64,000 bases of DNA from Chiloscyllium plagiosum (Eukaryota): contig NC_057755.1 in NCBI RefSeq assembly GCF_004010195.1, positions 8,905,306 to 8,969,305 on the forward strand, written 5' to 3'. Below the pieces are notes generated by a model. The model searched no databases, was not told the DNA's origin, and was given only the letters and a program-made list of their open reading frames with translations. Both the position numbers and the translations under genes were made by a program. The stretch's first letter is position 1. Each line of letters opens with the position of its first letter. Positions 50,526 to 62,065 of this stretch are shown here, piece after piece.

Positions 50526-50726
50526 CATTGGCAGGATAGGTTGAGACAGTGATTTGTAAATCACCACACATCCTCAGTTCATTGCCGGAGGAACAGTGGG
50601 CAATTGCAAATAGATTATGTTCAATGTGTATCAGGCACTACTTTCACCTCACCTGGAATATTGTGTTCAGTTAGAGGTATGTTCAACAGGAGTGAAGCCA
50701 CTGAGGAGGTCAGAAAATAATTAAAT

Positions 50727-50729
50727 GTA

Positions 50730-50772
<43 letters not shown>
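50727..50772. repeat. (TG)n(TA)n microsatellite
   Basis: Read directly from the sequence. Confidence 0.95.
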
Positions 50773-50774
<2 letters not shown>

Positions 50775-51499
50775 CGAAAAGAAGTAGGCCAGTCAGCCCT
50801 TCTGGACAGTTCCACAATTTGAATCACCTCAATTCGCACTTTACTGTCCACTGTCCCTATCCCTTCAACACATGATTCATCAAACGTCTTCCTCCTCTTT
50901 AGCACTACACATTGTCCCAGCACCTACCACACACTGTAGTTATGAATTGCACAGGTTCAGAATTAATTCCTCCGCTTGTCCATTTTACATCTACTCCCCT
51001 ACATTCCAAAACGGTGACCTCTCATTCTAGATTGACCCACACGATGCAACAGCCACTCTGCATCTACTCTGCTGATTCCTTTTCATGTCTGATGTACCTT
51101 TACCAGTTTCCCCCCTCATTCTTCCAAAGTCCGGAGAGTATAGGTCAGTAACAGTGAATCTCTCTCCACTGACAAAACTATCAACTCTGCATTCAGTTGA
51201 GAGAACCACCTTTGATCTATCTTCAAAGCAAGGACATCGCTCCTCAGCAAAAGCGATAGAAACGTTTTTGTTGTGCTCCATATGCAGACTCTCTAATGCC
51301 TTGTATAGTTGCAGAAACACCTCCTTATTTTGTACCCAATTTCTTTTGCAATAAGTGAGCATATTCTGGTTGCTTTATTGAATATCTTCTCTCCCTGCAA
51401 ATAGGAGGTCACTGATTTATGATCAGGAAACTTGGTGAAAGCTCACACTTCTGAATATACTTCCATTTGAAGCTCAGAATCACGTCCTTCTGCCCCCAT

Positions 51500-51725
51500 T
51501 TTTGATTAGAATCCCGACAGTATGGAAGCAGGCTATTTGGCCCAACATGTCCACGCAGCTTAGAAGGTGCTGGAAAAGCACCGCAGGTCAGGCAGCATCC
51601 TCCAATGGCACCACTCTAATCTTGACTCTGATCTCCAGCATCTGCAGTCCTCACTTTCGACATGTCTACACAGGTGACCTGGTGCTGTGAGCCAGCAGTG
51701 CTAACCACTGAGCCACTGTGCCATT
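51500..51725 (-). mobile_element. Deleted HE1 SINE containing a collapsed inverted Penelope-terminus insert (~51559-51659)
   Basis: The insert is flanked by acatgtccacgcag (51545-51558) and acatgtctacacag (51660-51673). Confidence 0.65.
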
Positions 51726-51923
51726 CATAATTTCCATGTTACCATGTGACGTATATACCTCTTCACTGAGCACATTGCCCGAAAGTTATCACTCAAACTG
51801 TTGCAGGGAGTCAGACATCCCTTTCTGATCAATAACAATTTATTCATTGTGTGAAACAGGTGAGAGTGACGCCACAGTATGAGACAAGTGAATGTGTGAA
51901 ATAACAGAACGTTATTGACTTAC

Positions 51924-51993
51924 CAGGAATGCCAAAGGCTGCTAGAATCGGGTAGAAAATTGTCTTCATCTGCACAATTATTGACTGCACCAT
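51924..51993 (-). pseudogene. GPCR gene 3, exon 1 (MVQSIIVQMKTIFYPILAAFGIP)
   Basis: ATG at 51993, 70 nt as in gene 1, donor GTAAGT at 51923. Phase 1 joins 41977 to give GIP-A-NLVT. Confidence 0.88.
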
Positions 51994-52467
51994 TCTCAGA
52001 CTTGTGTCTGGAATTTATCCAGATTGATGGCATCACTTTCAATTTAACTGCCTGCAATCAATTGCCATTATTTATGGGGCAATCTGTCCCTAGTTGAGGG
52101 CAAAATAAACGTGATGCGACATTATCAGAATAACGTTCATTGAAGAGATTTTTTGCCGCTCCATTTCACTCATGTGCCCATGAGGAGATGACACAGCTGA
52201 ATAACTGTTACACCTTTCGCCAAAACGAACCAATGCAACAATATCACAGGAACCAATGTTGGTTGGCACACACCCAGAGTAACAGCAGTAAGTCGTTGTT
52301 CTCTGTCATGATGTTGGCTTCCTTTCAATTCTAGAAAACATGACAAATCTCACAGCACCTTTTGTCTCCTTCATTCAGAGATTAACATGTAGCTTCGATT
52401 TTTCCTAAGCATTCTCCTTGATTAGAGCAATTGATCATTGATTGTGACTGGAATCTTTTGATGTCAG

Positions 52468-53110
52468 TGCGGCACCGGTGGCTCAGTGATTAGATTAGAT
52501 CCCCTACAGTATGGGAACAGGCCATTCGGCCCAACAAGTCCAAACTGACCCTCCGAAGAGTAACTCACCCAGACTCATTCCGCTTATTTACCCCTGACGA
52601 ATGCATCTAACACTATGGACAATTTAGCATGGCCAATTCACTTGACCTGCACATCTATGGACTGTGCGAGGAAACCGGAGCACCCGGAGGAAACCCACGC
52701 AGACACGGGGAGAAGGTGTACGCTCCACACAGACAGTCACCCAAGGGTGGAATTGAATCCGTGTACCTAGCACTGGGAGGCAGCAGTGCTAACCACTGAG
52801 ACACCACGCAGCCCCATTCATCGCTGCCTCACAGCGCCAGGGATCCGGGTTTAATCCGCTCCTCGGGTGACTGTGTGGAGTTTGAATATTCTCCCCGGGT
52901 CTGCGTTGGTTTCCGCCCACTGGACAAAGTGTGCAGGTGAGGGTGGATTGGCTGTGCCAAATTGCTCACTGTGTTCAGGGATGTGTAGGTCAGGTGCATT
53001 AGTCAGAGGTAAATATAGGTTTAGGCGAATGGGTCTGGATGGGATACTCTTCAGAGGGTTGGTGCGGACTTGTTAGATGAAGGACCTGTTTCTACACTGT
53101 TTGGATTCTA
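52468..53110. mobile_element. Plus-strand HE1 SINE split by a minus-strand HE1 SINE (~52487-52815)
   Basis: Head gcggcaccggtggctcagtg is followed by an inverted SINE; the host resumes at cgctgcctcacagcgccagggatccggg. Confidence 0.8.
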
Positions 53111-54477
53111 AGTTCTGAGCAGAGGATGCATGGCTTGGATTTATTGACATAGATTAGTGTCTCCTTTTCACAGAGAGCTGTGGGGGCAGTGTCCCTGCTT
53201 GTATTGAAGGCTGAGACTGAGAGATTCTTGATCAGGAGGGGAGTCACAGGATATGGGGAAAGGGCGGGTAAGTGGACATGATGAGTGTTCAATCAGCTAA
53301 GATCCTATTGAAAGATGGAGCACGCTTGAGAGGCCGAATGCTGTTCCAATTTCTTGTAGCCTTCAGAGATGGAACGCTCTTGAATTGCTGCTGCAACGAA
53401 ATTAAGAAAGACAAAGAGGCCAGTGGGATGAACAAGATTGATGCAGTGTGATCCTTGGCGTGGACAAAGCCATAAATCCTGCATGTGCTTGCTTCGATAT
53501 TCGCCAGAGAGAAGGGATTACTGGAACGTAAGATAAACATGATCTGTACTATTAATCTTTCAGGAGAGATTAACTGATCACGTGCAACAGGGAGGTTGTC
53601 AGCAGAGATATAATTAAATAGCTAGGGGGAGACATAACAATGACGCACTTACAATAATGCTGACCATCACTTCAACTGTATCGACCAAAGTGTTGGCAGT
53701 ATCTGATGTGATTCCAAAGTTTGTATAGGACAACTGGCAAAATTGTAATTCCGATAACCTTACCATGTTCTGCTCAGTTTCGTTATGGAAAGTCATCGCT
53801 TGATTAAAGTTCCTGACTTTCTTGAAAGATGTGACTGCAACCGTTGGAAGGGCTAATGAGGCAAACGTTGCATCTTGTAACATCTAAACGGCCCTGAGCA
53901 AGGTACCCCTTTTGTTGGTTCAGAACGAACATCAGAGCGCGAGGAATCGTTGAACAGCTCACAAAGTCCGGAGCGTTCTGGAGACAAAGATTGAACAGGA
54001 TGAAATGGTTCAAGGCAACTTTTCCCTACATCCACCCTTGTCCCCTCTCCTTTTCTCTCTGACCAGAGATCTCGGTGTAAAGGAAAACCTGCCCGCAAAA
54101 CTGTGGCCATCAATCTTTACAAATGTTTCTGTCGAATGTTGGGGCGGGGGGTGGGGTGGGGGGGGTGGAGGGGGGTAGGTGGGGGTTGGGTGGATAGTGA
54201 AACCACCAAAATTGGCAGGGTACCTTCTACACAACTAAACGGGAAGTAATGTCAAGCTAGCTCTGTTTGAATGGAACGTGATCACTGAACATAGATAGCA
54301 GATCTGCAATAGCCCAGGCCTGCATGAGAGAGAATGTTTGAAAAAAAAAATCACAAAACGTTCTGGTGCAGAGAAAGCGCCGAGAAAATGTGTGGGCAAG
54401 ACATAAGCTTCACTTTTATGAGCTCCCTGCAGTTGGTGACAGAGGCATGATATGTCCCTTCCCCACTACAGCTCGTA

Positions 54478-54730
54478 CTCACACACACATACATACACAC
54501 ACACACTCTCATACACTCTCGCTCTCTCACACGCACATATGCACACACACACTATATCATACACGCTCCCTCTCACACAAATACATACTCTTTATGTCTC
54601 TCACACACATACACACACTCTCTCACCCATACACTGTCTCTCTCTCTCTTACACACACACAAACACACACACACAATTTCTCTGCCTCCCTCTCACACAC
54701 ATGCTCTCTCTCTCTCAATCATACACACTT
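54478..54730. repeat. Degenerate (CA)n/(CT)n low-complexity tract
   Basis: Read directly from the sequence. Confidence 0.9.
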
Positions 54731-55914
54731 CCATTTCCTGTTCAGATACCCATCCTTTCCAGGTTTGAATCTGCAAACGTCATGGTAGATTTCCGTGTTC
54801 TCTATGGGTTAACGTCCGAAAATGGAGATACGTGGTTACACAAGGAGAAACCTACACTTGGGTGAAAAACACTGCGATGCTGCAAGGATTTTCAGTCCAC
54901 CTTTCTCCAAACACACCAGGGCCTTGTTACAATCGGTGGCCCGGAACCATTATTTCCTGAGGCACTTCCACAAAGTAACCTCCAATGAGACTGCAGTGAT
55001 GCCTGCTGCTCCTAACAGAAATAGATGGATATTACTGAGTCATCTTCTTTTGTGTGATTTACACTCTGTGACTTCAGAATGACTTTTCGCCAGTTTAAAA
55101 AAAAACTACATTGTTAAGCATTGATTTTTTGGAATGATTTCCAAAGTTGCCCTGATGTTTTTAAAGAGATCATTAGCAGTTTGCACACACGCCTGTGCCT
55201 TTTTCATGATTGATTTGAAGACACGATATGTAAACTGTGAGTTTCTGAAGGGAAATTGAAGACAGGAATAGTCCCCTACTGTGCTGCCAATCGGCTTCCA
55301 ATGTTATGTGTCAGAAGCATTTTCTGCACTTGCAGGTTAAAGAATACTAGCCTCCCACATCTCTCCAGCACACCGACAGCAGAGCTGTGATGTCTCGTCT
55401 GATGATTGGTAACAGGTTAGCCAGTGCTTTGACGCTGCTTTTGGTTAAAGTGAAGGCTACTTACCTTATCCCCGATTCGAAACATACTTGGAATTGCATA
55501 GAATCTGGCCAGTACCCGTGCAGACAAATCACACAATCCCATACTTGGTTTGGTCTGTGACATAACACATTCTGGGCTCTTGTTGGAATCAAAATCTCTA
55601 ATTCAAATTATCGGACTCACTGGCATCGAGTGATAAATGTTGGGGGCTCTCTTTCTGGGAGTTGAATTTGCTTGGTTTTAACAGGGTGTGCCTTGTATCG
55701 CCAAGACTATTCCAGTCACCAACAGTGTCCTGGGTAGGAGGAGGTCATTTCGGGAGTTTTACACAAAGTGGGAAAGGCAAAGCTTTTGAAATTGGCAGAC
55801 CAGGTGGAACTGGATTCCCCTTTATCCGTGCAAATAGAGCAGAGGTAGTTGCAGCAATAGCTTGACATTTACGATTCCTGGGAATGCTATCGGAATGATC
55901 ATAGAATCATCAGA

Positions 55915-56160
55915 GAGATCTAACAGTGTAGAAACAGGCCCTTTGGCCCAACAAGTCCACACCGACCCTGCCAACAGAAACCCACCCAGACCCATTCATC
56001 TCCCTTATTATTTTACATTTACCCCTGACGAATGCACCTAACCTGCACATCCCTCGGCATTTTGGAGAATTTAGCATGTCAAATTCACCCTAAACCGGAG
56101 CACCCAGAAAAAAAAAACTACCCAGACACAAGGAGAATGTGCCAAGTCCACACAGCCAAT
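55915..56160 (-). mobile_element. HE1-type SINE fragment
   Basis: gaaacaggccctttggcccaacaagtccacaccgacc...aaaccggagcacc. Confidence 0.8.
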
Positions 56161-56814
56161 TGGGTTGGAAATGGCAAAAATTCAATTTCAGAGGAAGTAT
56201 CTGGAGCATGAATTGAAAAACGCTTTTAATTATGGAAAAGAAAAATAAAAACCCAGCAAAGAAAAAGGGAGAAATGAGAGTTTTGGCGTCAGAGCTTGGA
56301 AATGAAAATTCAAAGTCGACTCGAAATGGCGAATACAAAGTCGGAGTAGGGAACAGGACAATTAAAGTGTTCAGTCACATCGTGGCATAAGATCTGGTGG
56401 GGATCAGTCTTAATGTCCAAGCATTGCGAAAGTTTGACAAGAAATATGCAGAAGCCTTTTCATTTCACTTGAGAAAGTGACTGAATAAATCAAATGGCCA
56501 CTGTCCAAGTGGGCATGGTTAATCCAAACCATGTCGCTTGGTAGAGCGAACAATGCATTTGATTCACGACTGGAGGTTGTATCTGGGCAGATGAGGAGGT
56601 GAAAGAAGCCGTGTTAAGTGCATATGAGTTTGCACTTGAATTCGGGAGAAAACAGCTCCGGATTCTAAAAACAGAAGTTGGTCAAATACCCATGAAGTTT
56701 GAAAGGAAGAAACAGAGTGTGTTTGATACGTGGATAAGGGCATTCAAAATAGATCAGACTTCTGTCCCCGTCAGGGCGACGATTAGTTTGGAAGATTTAT
56801 TGGTGAGAGCATTG

Positions 56815-57415
56815 AATACAGGATTTGATAGGTTACACTGCAGCTGTCCAGGTCATTGGTGAGGCCACTTTGGGAATATTGTGTGCAATTCTGTTCTCCC
56901 TGCTATAGGAAGGAGATTGTGAAACTTGAAAGTGTTCAGTAAATATTTACAAGGATGCTGCCAGGGTTGGACGATCTGAGCTATAGAGAGAGGTTGAATA
57001 GGCTGGGATATATTTCCTGTCGTGTTGGAGGCTGAGGGGTGACCGTGTATAGGTTTAAAAAAATCATGAGGGGTGTGGATATGCCTTTCCGTGGAGTAAG
57101 GGAGTCCAGAGCTAGAGGGCATAGGTTTAGGGTGAGAGGGGACAAATATGAAAGAGACGTAAGGGGCAGCTTTTTCACACAGAGTATGAAGCGTTTTATG
57201 GAATGAGCTGCCAGAGGGAGTGGTGGAGGCTGGTATAATTGCAACATATGAAAGACATGTAGATGCTTTTATGAATATAAAGGGTTTAGAGGGATATGGG
57301 CGACGTGCAGGAAAATGGGGCTAGATGATTTCCGGATAACTGATCGGCATGGAGCAGTTGGACCAATGCGTCAATTTCTGTGCTGTACATCTCTGTGCCT
57401 CTGTGACTATGACTC
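56815..57415 (+). mobile_element. CR1-type LINE 3' fragment nested in the Gmr1-like element
   Basis: LVRPLWEYCVQF...RGHRFRVRG, with a (gactatga)-type tail. Confidence 0.85.
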
Positions 57416-58448
57416 TTAGCGTTCAAAAATTCACTTCCTGAAGTAGTGAGAACTCAAGTGGAAGAGCAGAGAATTAAGATTGCAGGTGTACTGGTGGAAA
57501 AGGCAGATGATCTTGAGTTGATTCATAAATCAAATTTTAGCATCCAAAACAACTTAAAGCGACAAGGTAGAGAAATTGAAGGAAGAAGAAATTCTAAGGT
57601 GGTGAGGGAAAATGAGACAGCTTGACACAGGGTAAAAGGGATACTCTTGAAGGGGAAAGAGAACTGATCAAGCTCAGATCTTTTCACTGCAGTAAAGTAG
57701 ACCATATGCAGTCGCAGTGTTGCTGGTTTAAGAAAAGCACTGGGATGACAGATGTCGGAAAACAGGATAAACCAATGGGTTTTATTGAAGTGTTGAAGGA
57801 AAGCACAGTGGAAGCTAAAAAGTTCCAAACCAATCCACAAGGTACTCAGGATTGGTGGAGAAGGAAGATCCACATCACCTTAAACAACTTTTTTGTCGAG
57901 GGCATGGCTCACTCGTATATGCCAGAAGGTTCAGGTAAAGACATGATAATTATAAGAGATATGGGATCAAGTCAATCGTTGGTGGTGACTGATGCAGAGA
58001 TATATAATTCAGAAGGAGTATTGTTGAAACCGTGATAATATGTGTAATTTAGAGTGGGACAAGCAGTGTCCAATGAATTAAAGTGAGGTTGGATTGTTTA
58101 GTGAAAAGTGTTGCAGTGGTGGTCGGTGAAATAGAGAAATTCTCAGTTTCAGAAATAGAGATTATCCTTTATAATAATGTAGCTGGATCACAGCTGATAA
58201 TGCTGCCGACGGTACTTGGGAAACCCGGGGAGAATCAGATAACTGACGTGTTACTGGAAGGAAATCCCCGGATTGTTCCTGACTGAGTGGGAGCAAGGTC
58301 ACAAAGTCATAGGCTGAGACAGGAAGAGAAATCAAAGAACAAAGATACAAATGTTGAAATTCAATTTTCAGAAGCTACATTTGATCACATATCGCAGTTA
58401 TAAAGGATACCGAAGAAGGCATTTTGTGTGCTTTCCTTTATTTTTCAC

Positions 58449-58638
58449 AGCTGAAAATGTTTTGCTGGAAAAGCTTAGACAGGTCAGGCAGCATCCAAGG
58501 AGCAGGAGAATCGACGTTTCGGGCATGAGCATCGAAACGTCGATTCTCCTGTTCCCTGGATGCTGCCTGACCTGCTGTGCTTTTCCAGCAACACATTTTC
58601 AGCTCTGATCCCCAGCATCTGCAGTCCTCACTTTCTCC
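58449..58638. mobile_element. Inverted pair of Penelope-like termini with a ~17-bp TSD
   Basis: Palindrome centred at ~58527; duplication cctttatttttcacagc (58435-58451) / cctttattgttcacagc (58637-58653). Confidence 0.85.
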
Positions 58639-59177
58639 TTTATTGTTCACAGCATCAAGTACAGGAGTTGTGGCTGTCATGTTGTGGCTGGACAGGACGC
58701 TGGTTCGGCCACTTTTGTAATATGGTGTGCAATTCTGGGCTCCATCCCAGTGGAAGGATGTTGTGAATCTTGACAGCGTTCAGGAAAGATTTACAAGGAT
58801 GTAGCCAGGGTTGAAGGATTTGAGCATCAGGGAGAGGCTGAATAGGCTGGGGCTATTTTCCCTGGAGCTTCGGAGGCTGAGGCGTGACCTTATCGAGGTT
58901 TACAAAATCATGAGGGGCATGGGTAGAAAAAATAGACAAAGTCTTTTCCCTGGGGTGGTGTGTGGGGGAGTGGGGTTCAGAACTAGAGGGCAAAGGTTTA
59001 GAGTGAGAGGGGAAAGATACAAAAGGCACCTGAGTGGCTCCCTGTTCATACAGATGTTCGTGCGTATCTGGAATGAGCTGCCAGAGGAAGTGGTGGAGGC
59101 TGGTACAATTACAGCATTTAAAATGCATCTGGATGGGTATATGAATAGGAAGGGTTTGGAGGGATATGGGTCAAGAT

Positions 59178-59395
59178 GACAGTGTTGCTGGAAAAGCACA
59201 ACAAGTCAGGGAGTTTCCGTGGAGCAGGAAAATCGACGTTTCAAGCAAAATCCTTCATCATGAAGCATCCTTTGGAGGATTTTTGCCCGAAACATTGATT
59301 TTCCTGCACATCGGATACTGCCTGACTTGTGCTTTTCCAGCACCACTCTAATCTTGATCCTAATCTCCAGCATCTGCAGTACGCACTTCTGCAGA
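59178..59395. mobile_element. Inverted pair of Penelope-like termini with a ~14-bp TSD
   Basis: Palindrome centred at ~59268; duplication ggatatgggtcaag (59162-59175) / ggatataggccaag (59399-59412). Confidence 0.8.
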
Positions 59396-61654
59396 GATGG
59401 ATATAGGCCAAGTGATGGCAAATGGGACCACGTTAAGTTAGGATATCTGGTCGGCATGGAGGAGTTGGCCTATAGGGTCTGTTTCCGTGCTGTACATCTC
59501 TATGTCTGGTTAACTCTAAATGGTTGAGAACAAAAAATAATAAACTAAGGTGGAAAAAGTGGATGTTTTTAGTTCAGGGAAATTAAATAAATTCTAACAG
59601 AAAGATGAAGAAAATGACGCAACTGTAACAAACAATTTTTCACAGAAGAATCTGAAAATATCCAGGATGTCACTAGGTTAAAATGACATATTACTGAGGA
59701 AGTGGAGACCACCTCATATTCAGACAGCTGAAAAATTGGTGGAAGTTCATGAAGTGGGATTACCGGTGGATTATAGAAAGGAGATGTTGCGGTTGGACCA
59801 TGAAATAATGGTGAGGGATCTTTTGCGAAAAACAAAATCTGAAGCCAAAAAGGCCCCCCATAAATTTGTTGGTCTGAACTACATATGGATGTGGTTGAAT
59901 TTTGAAGGTCATTTCATACATATCAGATAATTGGAAAATTGCAATCATTATTAAACCCAACACTCTTAATATTCATTCGTACATTTCAGGAAACGTTTCA
60001 ACATTTGTAATCACAGAGGATGCACACCTCAAAGAAAACTTGAGAATCTGTATTTGTTGACCCTCATGGATGTGACTACTAGAGTTCCAGAGGCAATTCC
60101 ATTACGTAACACTTCAGTCAAAAGAATTGTGGAAAAGTTACTTGATTGTTTTTCCAGATACCGTCTACATGCAGAGATACAGTAGGATCAAGGATCAAGT
60201 TTTATATCAATGTTATTCAAAGTTGAGGACAGTTTCAGAATAAAATAATACAAATAGACAGCATACCATTCAGAATCTCAGGGGGTAATTGAATAATGGC
60301 AGCAAATATTAAATACCATGTTATGGGCTTCTGGTTAACAATATTGTGAGGATTGTGGTAAAGGAATTTCATTTGTACTTTTTGCGATCAGGGATGCACC
60401 GAATGAATTAACTAAATGCAGTCCATTTGAATTATTTCCTGGGTATGAGTTGAGAAGTCCAGGAAATTAATTAATGCGATTTTGATAAGTCAGAATTCGG
60501 AGGCCACATATTTAGACTGTGTGTCAAATTTTAGGGAAAAATTAATGAGAGCGGGGGAGTTGACTCGACTGCATTTAGACATTAACACACCATGTGATGG
60601 AAGAGCATGTAGACAAGAAATCAATAATTCACAGCTTTACCTGTGGAGGTAAAGGGTTAGTGTTATCTCAGTGGTAGGTGAAACTTTGAAGGCACCTTTA
60701 GGTAAGTGCTTTCAAATCAAAAGGAAAGTGAGTGACCTGAATTAATGTAAGGGATGCCAAATAGAAGTACATCTCAGAGACCAGGCTGTGCAAATCTGCT
60801 CAACTGATATTGTGAATGTGAAGGGAAGCAAAAGGAGAATGTGTTCCTGGATACAACAGGGAATGTGGAAGCAAGTTAAGGAGATTCTGAAATTGGCACT
60901 CCTCAAATTTAATTGGATGATGAGGATATTCTGAAATATTGGAGTGAATTATTGTGTTACGTTGCAGAGGAAAATCGGGACGACCTGAAAGAGTGGTGAT
61001 AATCGCATGGTGAGTTATGTGAGAATCATCTGGCAAAATATTGGCTGATTGCGCATGATGTAGATATATCTTATAAAGACAATATAACCGAAGTAAGTTG
61101 CAGAGAGTGGAGTTCTCTGTGCGGTATCTTATCTGATCGATTCGCCTTCTCATTTTACAAACCTCCAGAATGTCAGCCCTCAGCCTCAGATGCTCCAGGG
61201 AAAATAGTCCCAGCCTATTCAGCGTCTGTCTTTAGTGAAAACTCCTCCAAACCTGGCAACATCCCTGCAAATCTTTTCTGAACCCTTTCAAGTTTCACAA
61301 CGTCCTTCCGATGGGAGGGTGATCTGTAGTGATGTCAGTGTCACATGAACATGGCGAGATGATTGAAACATCCTTGGAGACTTTTTCTCAGAAAATTGAA
61401 TTAATTTTCAGAAGAACCATTCTAAAATTAAGAAGGAGACTTTGAGTTTGTTGTTGGTGTTGCAACGTTTCAACATTTATATTGCCAGTAATACATCTGA
61501 GACGATTGTATATCCTTTTACATTAATTCAGAGATGAATTTCCACATTGTTTCGCTGGTCGTTATCATTTTGGCCATTCAGATAGAAAATTATACACGTG
61601 ACAGGAGGATACAACGCAATTGCTGACATACTGTCCTGACCTTGATGAAGGACT

Positions 61655-62065
61655 TCATCTCTCTCTGTCATCCTCTCTCTCTCTTCCCTTCTCTCACTCT
61701 ATCTGTGTGTGTGAATTCCCCGTTGTATCTTTCTCTCCCTCTCTCTCTGACCTCCTCTCCACCCCCCCCCCCCTCTCTCTCTCACACAGACTTCTTCTGC
61801 TTCTCTCTCTTCCCCTTCTGTCTTGGTCTCGCTCTCTCACTCTTTCTGTCTTCCCCTCTCTCTATGTGTGTGTTTCACTCTGTCTTCCCTCTTCTCTCTC
61901 TGGCTTCCTTCTCTCTGTCTTCCCCCACTCTCTCGCTCTTCCCCTTTGACTCTCTGTCTTCCCCGTTGTCTCTGTCTTCAGTCTCTCTCTCTCTCTGTTT
62001 CTTCCCTTTTCCCACTCTGTCTTCCTCACTGTATGTGTCTCCCTGTCTTCCTCTCTGTGTCTCAC
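61655..62065. repeat. CT-rich low-complexity tract
   Basis: Read directly from the sequence. Confidence 0.9.

Larger units (their letters stand above)
58410..59520 (+). mobile_element. CR1-type LINE 3' fragment carrying two inverted Penelope-terminus inserts
   Basis: RERLNRLGLFSLELRRLRRDLIEVYKIMRG...WNELPEEVVEAGT. Confidence 0.88.
56170..61640 (+). mobile_element. Degenerate Gmr1-like Gypsy internal region (SCAN-like gag, protease, integrase upstream of RT/RNase H) with nested CR1s
   Basis: VKEAVLSAYE...; knuckle remnant FHCSKVDHMQSQC; protease RDMGSSQSL (~57955); integrase MDVTTRVPEAIPLR and AYHSESQGVIE (~60065-60300); RNase H end KETLSLLL...NAIADILS (~61430-61640). Confidence 0.75.

Noticed and set aside
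7516..53110. tRNA genes suggested by A/B boxes
   Set aside because: All are SINE heads followed by V or Deu domains and LINE-like tails; none forms a complete cloverleaf.
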